Shown piece after piece: positions 1 to 11,930 of a DNA stretch of 64,000 nucleotides. Position 1 is the first letter of the stretch. Each line of letters begins with the position of its first letter. A model generated the notes under the pieces. The model was not told the origin of the DNA and made no database searches. It saw only the letters and a list, made by a program, of their open reading frames with translations. Origin of the DNA: Eledone cirrhosa (taxonomy: Eukaryota); contig OZ024751.1 of the NCBI GenBank assembly GCA_964016885.1, positions 38,688,001 through 38,752,000 of the forward strand, given 5' to 3'. The position numbers and the translations under genes were made by a program.

Positions 1-130
1 AAAATGAGATGTGGTACTTTTCTGGTAACTTGACTTTGCTTCTGTTCATTCACACTCCACGCATAAAACAACTGAGTAGATTCATCGATCTCACTATATA
101 TAAGTATATACATGAATGCTTATGAGAAAT

Positions 131-246
<116 letters not shown>

Positions 247-1290
247 CGTGTATGTGAGAATAGAAGGAGAGAATTGAAGAAAGTAATAGATAGTTAGATA
301 TAGAGGGAGATCTAATCACGAACAATCACATAAATGCTTATACATATGTTAAAAGTGAATGATATCAATTAGAGCTAAATCTGCTATTTCGTCTTTCTAT
401 ATCTATTCAGTGATTTCCTAAATATCTCAAGGCGATATTATATGTTGAATAAACCTTTTGAATATCATAGCAAGCGACGAAAAGGAAAAGGAAAAACGAA
501 ATTAAAAAAAATATAAAATAACACATAATATAAAAAGAAAGGAAACCAGTATTATGTTTGGTCGTCGTTGCGTTCATTGGAAGTCAACAACTTGGAGGAT
601 TGTCCGAATCCAGTTTATTCCAAACGATCAGATGAATAAAATATTCAGTAGCGTTTTGCAAATAGAACCGTCAAATCCTTTCTAATGGAAAAAGATTTTC
701 GCCTTAATGCAATCGCGACTCCTTGATTGAAAAGAAAAAAAAAGTTACATATAAATAACTAGAGGCCACAGAGAAATACTGGCTGTTTGGCTTTAGTGTC
801 TGGCTTCTGTAGTCTGTTATTCTCACTATATATTAGGTCTTTAGACTATTTCACAAGGATTAGGCGTATTGTTTTCTTTCACATCTTCACTTTTTTTCTA
901 CTTTCATTTTCTCTTACCAATGTTTACCTATTTTATTTATTTCTATATTTATTTGTTCGAAGGTATATCTAATGTTTAATCTCAATTTACTTTTCACTGT
1001 TTAACTATTCTGCATTTTCTTTTCGGCTTTATCTTTACTTGCCTATTTATTTTCTACATTTATTTTCTCAATTGATTGTTTTGCTTCTTCGTACTACTAT
1101 TTCCTATTTCATTTTGGTTTTTCTTTGTTTTTTATTCAATTAACCCCCACCATTATTCGGCATTAACACGTATCTTCTTTCAATAATCCCTCTATATATG
1201 TTTCTAGCACAGATTCTTTCATTTATAATTCAGCTTCTTTTACTTTCTAATGCCTACATTTTCACACACACACACGCCATATACACACAC

Positions 1291-1328
<38 letters not shown>

Positions 1329-1450
1329 TACGGATTTTACTCGTTTCTGTTCTCGGTTCTCGTTACTCGGAGTTTTACAAAAAACTTTCCCTGATTAAAT
1401 ACAAAACTATTCAATGCATTGTGTTCGGCATTCAAATGAATCGGATACAA

Positions 1451-1604
1451 GTGTGTGTGTGTGTCTGTGTGTGTGTCTGTGTGTGTGTATGTGTCTGTGT
1501 ATGTCTGTGTGTCTGTATCTCTCTGTGTGTCTGTGTGTCTCTGTGTCTGTGTCTGTGTGTGTGTGTCTATGTGTGTTTCTGTGTGTGTCCGTTTGTGTGT
1601 ATGT

Positions 1605-1642
<38 letters not shown>
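1451..1642. repeat. Degenerate (TG)n/(TGTC)n microsatellite
   Basis: Direct reading. Confidence 0.95.
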
Positions 1643-1645
<3 letters not shown>

Positions 1646-2084
1646 CACACGAGCGCGTTTCAAAATATTTCCCCGTTCTTTATAAATGCTTCCAAATATT
1701 TCCCGAAACATGGTGCTATCTTAATTTAATAATAGAGAATTCGCCTCCCTCGATCGGAACCTCGATCCCACCCATGCTTGTACATCCATCTACTCTTGGT
1801 ACTGTTTGTTTAATCCGGATTCACTGAGACACTGTGCTCATCACACCCGTTCTGATGATCGAATCTATGCCCATATGTTTTGTGACCATCAATATGAATA
1901 GAAGATCATCGGTTTCGACGAGGTGTATTCCAGTCCTTTGGTCAATGACATCGCCTACTCAAGGAATAAATATGCCAGTGAATGAGCATTCGCTATCACG
2001 TCTAGGGAGATTCAGAATTGTAAGTAAATCAAAAGACTGGCCTATTGGAATACAGCTAGAGTTTCGCCAGATTTCGAGCAGTTA

Positions 2085-2215
2085 ACGGCAACACAATTTC
2101 ACTCACAAAGCATGGATCAAGTCGATTCCAGAGAGAAGGACACTTGCCTAAGAAGATATAACGTGAGATAAAACTCATTAACTAAGTATTGCGAATCTAA
2201 CCCCTCAGCTATGCT
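2085..2215 (-). mobile_element. Degenerate SINE fragment (third family)
   Basis: Motif string ttcactcacaaagc...agaaggacacttgcctaag...aacccctcagctatgc resembles the reverse of a tRNA-headed SINE recalled from octopus DNA; not verified. Confidence 0.45.
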
Positions 2216-3086
2216 GATTTTACTACATACACCGGAGTGCTAAACTGTTTCTGGCTTTTGGTAAAAGAAATAGAGGAGAATCAATTAATTGTGATATTAT
2301 TCAACATATTCCCCTCTCAGAGTCAAGCGCTTATTGCAGCGGTCCTACCTCCCCTATAAAGGTAACACCTCTACCCTTTCACGATATTTTTAAACCAGGA
2401 ACTTTTCAGAACTCTATGTGGGAGGAGTATGTTTGTGTATGTATATCTGTGTATGTGTGTTTGTGTATGTATATGTGTGTGTGTGTGCACTCACGCATGC
2501 CTGCATGTATTCATACGGATTCGTTAGGGCAGAAATAAATGACAATTGTAACATTGACACATTCGGAATTATGTTGGTGAAACATAATAATAATTGAAAT
2601 AAATATAATTATCTTATCACACATTTCCACGTTCTACAAATAGCCGAACAAATGTTTAGTATAATAATAACGTCAATAAAAATGACAAAACATTCTGTCA
2701 TAAACACAAATACTCTTTGCGCTGGGGAAAAATAAAAACTTGTTTTGATTTTTGTGGAAAAAAAAAACGCAAAAATAACGGACGCGTCATTGTCAACAAA
2801 AAGAAAGTCTCTTTTTTTTCCCTATTTTTTTTCTTTCTTTCGCGTTTCCTTATCAGTCGGTCTACAAGTTGTTATACATTGTCATTCAACAGTTATTTCT
2901 CTACTATTACTGCATTGTTGTATTGCTTTTCCGTCACTTTTTAATGTAGATTTTTGATGTATATTGTTTTGGCCGGTATTTTTCGCTTTGCCTATATATA
3001 TATATATATATATATACGGAGCTATATATGTCTATATATATTTATATATATATGTATATATATACGTAGATATATATGTATATATA

Positions 3087-3158
<72 letters not shown>

Positions 3159-4318
3159 TTTGTTTTTTTTTTATTATGAATGAGGAACGAAGTGTTAATC
3201 TGATAAAGTAAATTCATTTCGTTTCGCAAGATTTTGAAAAATTTGCAGCAGCAATGGTTACAATGAATTGGGGTGAAAGAAAAGACAGAAAAAGAAAGAA
3301 AGGAGATTTATATAAAGGAGAATGAGACAAAATAAAAAGTAAATTGGTGTATATATATATCCTGCATCTGATAATTTAAAGATAACAGTTTTCTTTCCGT
3401 TATTTTTATAAAAAAATGTCTATTGTTACGGTACGTGGGAACCTTAACGAGATGAAACGTCATCTTCGCTGATGAGTGATTCACTGGCGTATGACTTTAA
3501 TACGATTGTCTTTTGTTATGTTTTTAATGAAATTTTCACATACAATCAGCGACCATATTGGAAACACTAACGTAGTGATACAATTTATTGACCTATTTAC
3601 GATGAATTATGTTATTATTTACCGTGTGTATGTGTATGCGTGTGTATGTATGTGTGTGATTAATCAAAATAGCACCGACCGAAACATTAAGAAGGCAGGC
3701 AGAGATGGTGTCAATAAAAAAATAAAACAAGGAACAGTTAATGAACATGTGTAACACAGACGTACATAAATAATGAGGAACAAATTAGGACGAAACAAAA
3801 AGAACCAGATCTTGTCATTAGCTATCCTAGGTGTGTCATTTCGTGTTCAAACTATTGAGTGTATTGTCCCATGGAATTGGAAAATATGTTCTCTATTAAC
3901 AACTGTCTTTAATTATTTATTGTTAACTCTATATATTAACGTATCTTCAAAGAAACTGTGTGTTCTTTTATTGAAATATAGCGGGATATATATTTTGATA
4001 TAGAAAAGAAAAGCTTTTCATAAACGTTTATTTAATTAGATATTAAAACAAGTCTTCTGGGATGAATTTGAAACGTCCAAGAATTGTTAATATAATGATT
4101 CTGTTGAAACCTTCACCCATCTTTATCTGATATGTTATTAATCGGTATACATTATACATATATGAATATAGAAATTGGCCCGAACACAATAGAATATTGA
4201 ACAAGCAAATGCTGATTCATCATAAGGTACTTTCCTATCTTAGAAATTTAACAAACGTTCTATAGTTTACATACATATTCACACATTATATATATATATA
4301 TATATATGTATATGAACA

Positions 4319-4332
4319 TAATGAACATAAAG

Positions 4333-4386
<54 letters not shown>

Positions 4387-4400
4387 CTTTATGTTCATTA
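4319..4400. repeat. Perfect 82-bp palindrome centred on (TA)26
   Basis: taatgaacataaagc-(TA)26-gctttatgttcatta. Confidence 0.9.
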
Positions 4401-6697
4401 ACGAGATAAGTCCATAGGCTGAGTAAGACTCTCTCATGGAATGACCAAATGAAGATTATTCTTCAACTTGAAGAAAACAATGTTATTAATGAGGTGTGTT
4501 GAAGGTAATGTATGCAAGATTTCACAGCGCTAGCATCACTCATTCATAGTCTATTTAGTTTTCAGCCTATCATCCTATATGATAAATTATAAAACATAAG
4601 TGATTCTGAAATAACACCGTGCAGTAGACCAGACCTACCCATAGATGATTGATTCTGTTCAACACCAGTAACAACAACAACAACGACAACGGATAGCCGA
4701 AGCTGTAGTGACCAGCTACAATAACAGCAATAACAACAACTTCCGGGTAAACATCATTGCCACAGTCTGCTTCCTTTAACCAATCCTCCTCCCTGTTGTC
4801 GATTCTTTGAGAGATTATCTCGTTCATTTGTTATTGATATATATCATTTTCCCTCAACTATTTAGTACGACAGAAAAATAGACGTTTTCCTCTTTGTATA
4901 GTCAGCAGGAAGCTGTAGATTTTGGCACAGATAAGATCTTCACAGATTTATGAGTTTGCGTCACACTCTCATTCCTAAAATCAATTAGGAGTCTCGGTGT
5001 GTTTATAATAATTATTTAATCGATCATATAATATTACGATGCCAGATGGTCCATCACCTAATTCCTTTTCGTATATTGAAACCACGCAATCGGCATATAC
5101 GTGACAGGTGATAACCAGATGTATATTTCACAGTCTGATTTCCTCTAACCCAGACTTGCACACAGACTTGCATTTCCAGTTACGATATTAATCTATTTAA
5201 AGTTTACTCACCATGTGATGGATAAATTGTTGTGATATTCAGTAATATTCATGATTTACAAACCACTACAATAACGATGCGTTTACACTACATGATTAAA
5301 ATGCTAAGAATACACAAACATTTCTTCTCAATCAACGCTGAGGGTTTGTTCCAAGCACTCCATAAAATCAATGCTAACAAGATGAGCAAATGGAAAATAA
5401 AAACATGTATATTGTATTGAATTGTGTCACTCTTATCTATGACTAATATATAAATCTATTATCACTATTTTGACAATATCACTCATACTAGTCATATCGT
5501 GGTGGCTGTGAGAACGGATGTATATAATTGATAGTTTGATATGTTGAATAATATAATTGAATAACTATTGTCCATATGTAGTAAGGTTTATATATCATTT
5601 TTCTTTAATGAAATCCTCTATAACAAAATTGATATAGTTACATGCATTGCCCTCCCTGATACAATATCTAAAATAATAAGTTTATAAATACCAGTAAACT
5701 GTTGGAAATATCTCTTTAAAATAATTCAAGTTCTTCAGTAATTAGTTTACTTGATAATGATAATTGTTAGTGCGTCAGACTAAATATTTCTGTATTTATT
5801 CCAACTCTCTCTAGTCGAAGATCAAATCCCGCTAAAAATAAATTTAGCTTTAGAGCTCAATTATAAAATAGCAGTCAAGTAATGTGTCGAAAGTCTCTCT
5901 ATGTTTCTTCATTTTCCTACATCTCTTACAAAATCCAGTTGATGAAATATGGACTCACGCAAGTTTAGAATGCCTAAGAAACGTACGTGTCAGCATGGCA
6001 CACTTTAAGTGCCCTTTCTTTTCCATAAACATTATTTTATAAATGTTTCACGCAAGGAAAGAATTTAGAAATCATATCACATATGTAATTCTCGTTGAAC
6101 AAAATTGGCTGGATGAGGAGCTTGTGATGTATGAGCTCAAATCATATGATTTCTTATGGAGTAAATCTAGGACATTTAAATCTGGAGTGAGCCGACACTC
6201 AACAGGCAGAAACACAACCGATTTTCTCGACACAAGCGAAGAAATAAAGAAGTAATGGGCCATAGTTCTGGATGGTGTCATTTTTATTAACTGTAAATGA
6301 TGTAAACCTAAGTTAATATCTGCGGGAATTTGAACTAAGGACACAAAGAACTGAAACAAATAATCCAAATCATTTTTGCCGACGTTCTAAAGATTATGCC
6401 AGTTTGAAGTCCTTTTATCTAATAAATTGTATTTAGATTTGTTTCGTTAGATTCCACGTCAAACTATTGTGTTGCTGGGAATTAGAGTATACTTAGAACC
6501 CCAAAAGATGTGTTTGTTTTATTATAACCTGGTGGGGTGTAGCAAGGACTGTTTCATCTATGTATGAACTATATGATAAATTTTCGTTTAAATATTGTTC
6601 CTCGGGCGTCTGCACATTTTCATACTTAAATGAAGACTTATTCAAAATAGTGAAAAGCAACCACACACACACACACACACACACACAAATATATACA

Positions 6698-6734
<37 letters not shown>

Positions 6735-6873
6735 GTGTATTCATAGACATACACATACGTACATACACATTCACATATATATATATATATTTATACACAC
6801 GCATATATATATACGTGTATTCATAGACATACGCATACGTACATGCACACACACACACATACTATATATCTAC

Positions 6874-6918
<45 letters not shown>

Positions 6919-7543
6919 TAGAGAGATGGATATAGATATATAGATATATATTCATATATATACATCTATCTATTTATCTACATCTATATATACATATATA
7001 TATACATATATATATATACATACACACACATACTTACATACATGTATATGCATATGTATATACCTATATATATGCGTGTATGCATATATAGATATATGTT
7101 TATTTATATACATATTAGTATCTATGCGCTTGTATCTGTGTGTATGTTTTTGCCTAGAACATGACAATAAGATATAAGATGTCTTATTTGTCTCTAACAG
7201 ACAAATGTCACATTTAACTTATCGTAATATTTTCCTGGCGTATCTGGTTTTGCAATGAAACTCCAATGACCTGTGAGTTTTGACTTCTTGGCTCTTTATA
7301 AATATATTGCTATGATGTAGATAATGCCAACTGGCAAAATGACCGTTCAAACAGAATATAGTAAACTAACCTGAGTCAATAAATTTTGACCCGAGTCACA
7401 TCTTACTGACACAATTGGCAGGCATCAGCCGATTGTTCTTTAGCTGCTAGCTATATTCTATCATTCCTTTCTCCTTTCCTTTACATTTTTATTGCTCATA
7501 TCTCTCTCTCCCTCTCTGTATATAGATACATATATATACATAC

Positions 7544-7590
<47 letters not shown>

Positions 7591-7614
7591 AATATACATA
7601 TATATATATATATA

Positions 7615-7705
7615 CAGGGTGTTCCAAAACAATGTATACACATTTTGATTACCTGTACAGGAAATATTTATTAGAATGCTTTTGAAGTGTGTATACATAT
7701 TTGGG

Positions 7706-7768
<63 letters not shown>
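7615..7768 (+). mobile_element. Tc1/mariner-type MITE (copy 1) with (TC)n expansion inside the right TIR
   Basis: TA-cagggtgttccaaaacaatgtatacaca ... tgtgtatacatatttggggac(tc)n-tg-TA. Internal sequence is shared with 20485-20584 and 23998-24072. Confidence 0.75.
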
Positions 7769-7771
<3 letters not shown>

Positions 7772-7879
7772 ATATATATATATATAATGTCTCATAAGCA
7801 AGAAATAATCTCCCGGTAAATAGAGACTAAGAGATGGTTTCGATCCTTGACTCAAGGTGTTTTTCTTATTAATGATAGG

Positions 7880-8030
7880 TACTAAACTGTTAGAAAGCCG
7901 GATTAAATGCCTTGCTCTATTTACACTGAATTGAGTTGTATATCGAATTTTATATCCTTCCACTTTAAACGTTGTCTTTCCTTACTTTGAGGTCAAAATT
8001 TAAAATACCAGTAGAGTAATGGAGTCGATT
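7880..8030 (+). mobile_element. tRNA-derived SINE (family 1), degenerate
   Basis: ctgttagaaagccgg...aaatgc...gtctttccttactttgaggtc...accagtagagtaatggagtcgat matches the other family-1 copies in this window. Confidence 0.55.
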
Positions 8031-8249
8031 CTGCATTTCTTTCTCTGAAAGAAACTGGCTCTGTTCAGACACAGAATGTGTTAGACTCAGCTAGCCCTTA
8101 ATTTCAAAGGTCACGCCGATCATCACTATGACACACCTACGATTATATCAGGAGTTAAGTGTATATATATAGAATACTTCCGAGCTATATGTGTTCATTA
8201 CATTCTCCCTCATATATTAGTTTTTGCATACACACAACGCCAGTAATTT

Positions 8250-8632
8250 ATTCAATGCAAGGGGGTGGTGATGTGAATAAATTAAATCGAAGCACAGTTC
8301 TGGATTGGTATATTATTTTATCGAACTTGGAAGGTTGAAATTTGAAATCAGTACGTAGATGGTCGTAAGGAAAATTGGTAACATTAGACAACTAATGATT
8401 CTGTAAATTATAATAATATATTTTTAATTTAGACAATCCCAATATTCTAGGAAGTAAAATGTCGATTGAACAAACTTCATTACTTCACTAACTCTGTATT
8501 GTATCGACACTGAATTTATGAAAATATAAGTTGACATCACTAAGATTTGAATCCAGATTCTTAGATGGTATTAAGAAAATATTACAATGCATTTCCTTCG
8601 ACGCTTTAACGATTCTACCAGCCCTTCGACTT
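8250..8632 (-). mobile_element. Two adjacent degenerate family-1 SINEs
   Basis: Repeated blocks tcga...ggta...tttatcga...gatttgaa...cag...aacgattctaccagc. Confidence 0.6.
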
Positions 8633-8838
8633 AATAATTATACTACACCTGCTACAAGGATTGTATTCCAATGAAATTAATCCAAACTGCATGTTGGTTT
8701 TGAAACCAGCACTTACAATCGAAATACCGAAAAAAAATAAATGAATACATCACGGCTGCTCAATTTCTCCATTCAAAGTAAAAGTGGGTGTTATCTAGTT
8801 ATCTATATATAGGAAACCATTAAGTACACATATACAGA

Positions 8839-8947
<109 letters not shown>

Positions 8948-9806
8948 AATATATATATATATACATGTGTGTATGTGTGTGTGTGTGTGCGTACAAGTAT
9001 ATATAGACAGATAGGATGGGTGGGGACAGGAGGGGTGCGAGAGCTATATTCTATTAAGTAGAAAACATGGTAATCCACAGTCTGGTGATGTCCTCTATGG
9101 TTGTTGACGGTGGTGCTAGCGAGGAGAAATACTTTTGTTTATTGATTTCGGAATGGCGTCAGTCTGGTGATCAATGTCTTACTATTTAGGCTTTTATATA
9201 TCATAAGTAAACCTATTCCATCCAAATTAAGACGAAAAATTCAAACAAGAATATTGTTAAGCGCTAAAAAAAGAGAAACCAGAACACAATTCAAACATCA
9301 TGACCTAATTCACCGTAGGATATTCCTTCCTATTTGTTTGCTCTATTCAAGGAATCATAATAACAGTACAAATAATAATAGTCTATACATGTACTAATAC
9401 AAATGTGAGCAGTGCTGTAAAGATTCAACCAATCCACGTAATTATTTCTTCTTCTGGCACATGGCCAGCAATTTTGGAGGGGAATCTCTTGACTACTACG
9501 ACAACAGTAGTTAACAGGTACTATATTTTATCGCCTTTAGAAAGATGAAAGCCAATCCACCACTGTCAAAGTCTGACAATCCAATAATCAAGAAAAACCA
9601 AGAAACTATGTTATCTATATTTGGTTAATGAAATCCTGATTAAATTAAGCTGTCATTTTCTTTGCGATTTCATTATTGCAATATAATGAAGTTTCTCCGG
9701 TTAGTGTGATTCACGTGTGATATATGCCTGTCATTCAATGTCTTCTTTGCTTTTCTTCTCCCTCATTCTCTTTACCCCTCACACTCTCTCCCACTAATTC
9801 TCTTTT

Positions 9807-10050
9807 AACCGACTGCTGGGAGGAATGTATGAAAAGAGCGCGTTCCAATGTTGTGCATTCGTCTGCAAAGGACACTATAGTAGCTTTCAATCAGGCGTAC
9901 CGAGGAAGCAGAGCCGGATATCAGGTCTAGCTCTTGGAATCAAATTTAGTCTGCAGCAGGAACTATCAGCTGCTGTCCATGAGTTCAAAAGAACGTCAGG
10001 AAGTTCAACGGCTGCACCTGTCTGTGTAGCATTATTCAGCACGAAACAAA
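9807..10050 (+). other. Candidate exon (unique, GC-richer block ending at a strong 5' splice donor)
   Basis: Non-repetitive block after a pyrimidine tract (9745-9806). Frame open from ATG 9825 through aaa|GTGAGT (donor at 10051). The product is not recognised. Confidence 0.25.
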
Positions 10051-10469
10051 GTGAGTGTGTATGATCTATGGTTTAAAAGAGCTTCACAATTCATGTTAAA
10101 GCTATTTTCATTGTTTCTGGTGGCTAGTTCTATACATATGTATTTAGCCATAATTTTCTATTGATTGACTAGCCAGTAGATTGCTGTTGAAATATTGCCA
10201 GCTCTTCAAACTGAAATAAATGTCACCTCTTATTATTGCGATATGAATACATTTACACTTAGGCGCCTGCTCATAGAGAACAATATTTAGCTGAGATGCC
10301 ATAATGTACACTACTCTCAAAAACTTTTTATTTTGTCATTGCCTTCGACGTTGTTATCTTCACAATCAATACATCGCTTATCTTACTACCACTACTTGTC
10401 ATTGTTTTAACCAAACCACTCACATCACCAAAACAACAAGAAGAAGACGATCAAGACAACTTCAAGTAT

Positions 10470-10985
10470 TGTTTTCAATTCATGCAAAGGGTCAGCAATT
10501 TATGAGAAAGCATTTTACGTGACTGATAATTCGTTTACTCAACCGCGGAATGATTAAATAAAGCCGAAGTTGACCACGAACAATATTGAAATCAGAATAC
10601 AAAGGACTGGAGGAAATGACATCACAACGCCTAATGCGTTGACGATTCTGCCAGTCCAGCAAGTTTAAATATAATAATGATTTCTAGTATAGGCACAAGA
10701 CCAGTAGGTTGCGTGGAGAGGAAAGTCGATTAAATAGACCCCAGTACGTTGCTGGTGTTTTATATTATCGATCACGCAAGGATGTAAGGCAAACATAAAG
10801 GCAGGATTTGAGCTCAAGATCTAACTGGACGTAACTATTTGCTGCAATGCATGTTGCCCTTAAAATAATATCTCATTTTGGTGCAACACCTCACATACGG
10901 CTGGCAATTTGGGTGAAAGGAAAAGCCGATTTAAATTTACTCCACTATTTGACTGGTACTTTATCGAGCTTAGAGAGGAGGCGAA
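10470..10985 (-). mobile_element. Cluster of three family-1 SINE copies/fragments
   Basis: Repeated ggcacaag.ccag / gtcgatta...gaccccagtac / ctggt.ttt / gatttgagctca / gacgattctgccag motifs. Confidence 0.7.
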
Positions 10986-11093
10986 AGACAATATATGTGT
11001 GTGTATATATACCCACACACACACAATATATATATAGAGAGAGAATAAGAAAAAGCGAAGTAGTTTCAGATGTTAAAGTCCTTTAATGATAAT

Positions 11094-11168
11094 GCTGTGA
11101 TATATATTTCAATGACGACAGCGGCCACACGGTTCGGTGCGCCCAGTGCCGTGACATCATCAGACATC
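11094..11168 (-). ncRNA. Candidate type I hammerhead ribozyme with long GC-rich stem II
   Basis: Minus strand: ugu-CUGAUGA-[ugucacggc...gcac-cgaacc-gugu...gcugucgucauu]-GAAA-uauaua-UC/aca. All core nucleotides are present; stem III is the palindrome AUAUAUAU; stem I is only 3 bp. Confidence 0.4.
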
Positions 11169-11294
11169 TTGTTACATAATAAGGTTATGTTTTCGAGGCA
11201 AACTTCGCTTTTTCTTATTCGATATATACTCCGTCACTCCTATGTGGAAAAAGTACGTTTAGTGCTCTAATTGAATTGCATCAATATTCACCTT

Positions 11295-11330
<36 letters not shown>

Positions 11331-11332
<2 letters not shown>

Positions 11333-11532
11333 CGAAGGAAATGTGGTAAGGAACCAGGTGGACCATAACGCACCAAAGTACTCAATACTTAGGGTAGTAG
11401 AGTGGGTAATAGGAACGAGTAGGACCCCGACGGCTGAGCTCAAGCCGTTTCGACGGCTAATTCTGAACTACTCTTAGTCCAGAATTAGCCGTTTAAACGG
11501 CTTGAGCTCAGCCGTCGGGGTCCTATTCGTTC
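11331..11532 (-). mobile_element. Family A TA-embedded Penelope-pLTR-like element, copy A1
   Basis: Flanked by (TA)n. Tail 11331-11411; inverted arms 11412-11470 and 11475-11532. Contains the hammerhead 3' half GAAACGGCU-UGAGCUC-AGCCGUC. Homologous to 16259, 31516 and 35819. Confidence 0.85.
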
Positions 11533-11583
<51 letters not shown>

Positions 11584-11858
11584 CATATATATAAGGTTTC
11601 CAGGTATCTTATCAAGGCTAAGAAGAAATGAAACAAACCAGAATGAGGCTCTTATATATCTTTCTTTCAAGTATATTATATCTTTGTCCAGGCAAAGAAA
11701 TAATGTACTTGTTTCTTTTCTCTTTTCCACCGCCTACAAATTCATCATCTGTATCATGAGCTTTGACGTCACTTGGCATCATCATCACCATCATAGTGCT
11801 CCTCATGGTCATCAACATCATGTATATTAAACCGTTTTATTTTCATTTAAAGGAATCA

Positions 11859-11860
11859 TT

Positions 11861-11904
<44 letters not shown>

Positions 11905-11930
11905 TATTATTATTATCATTATTATTACTA
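11859..11930. repeat. (TCA)n/(TTA)n trinucleotide repeat
   Basis: Direct reading. Confidence 0.9.

Noticed and set aside
6690-6850. Local tandem duplications around microsatellites (also 17090-17312, 22791-22833, 26880-26955)
   Set aside because: Ordinary slippage duplications; not CRISPR-like (no regular repeat-spacer array).
11271-11477. Recurrent peptide [20 protein letters not shown] in several ORFs
   Set aside because: Antisense translation of the family A tail; the recurrence reflects repeat copies, not a gene.
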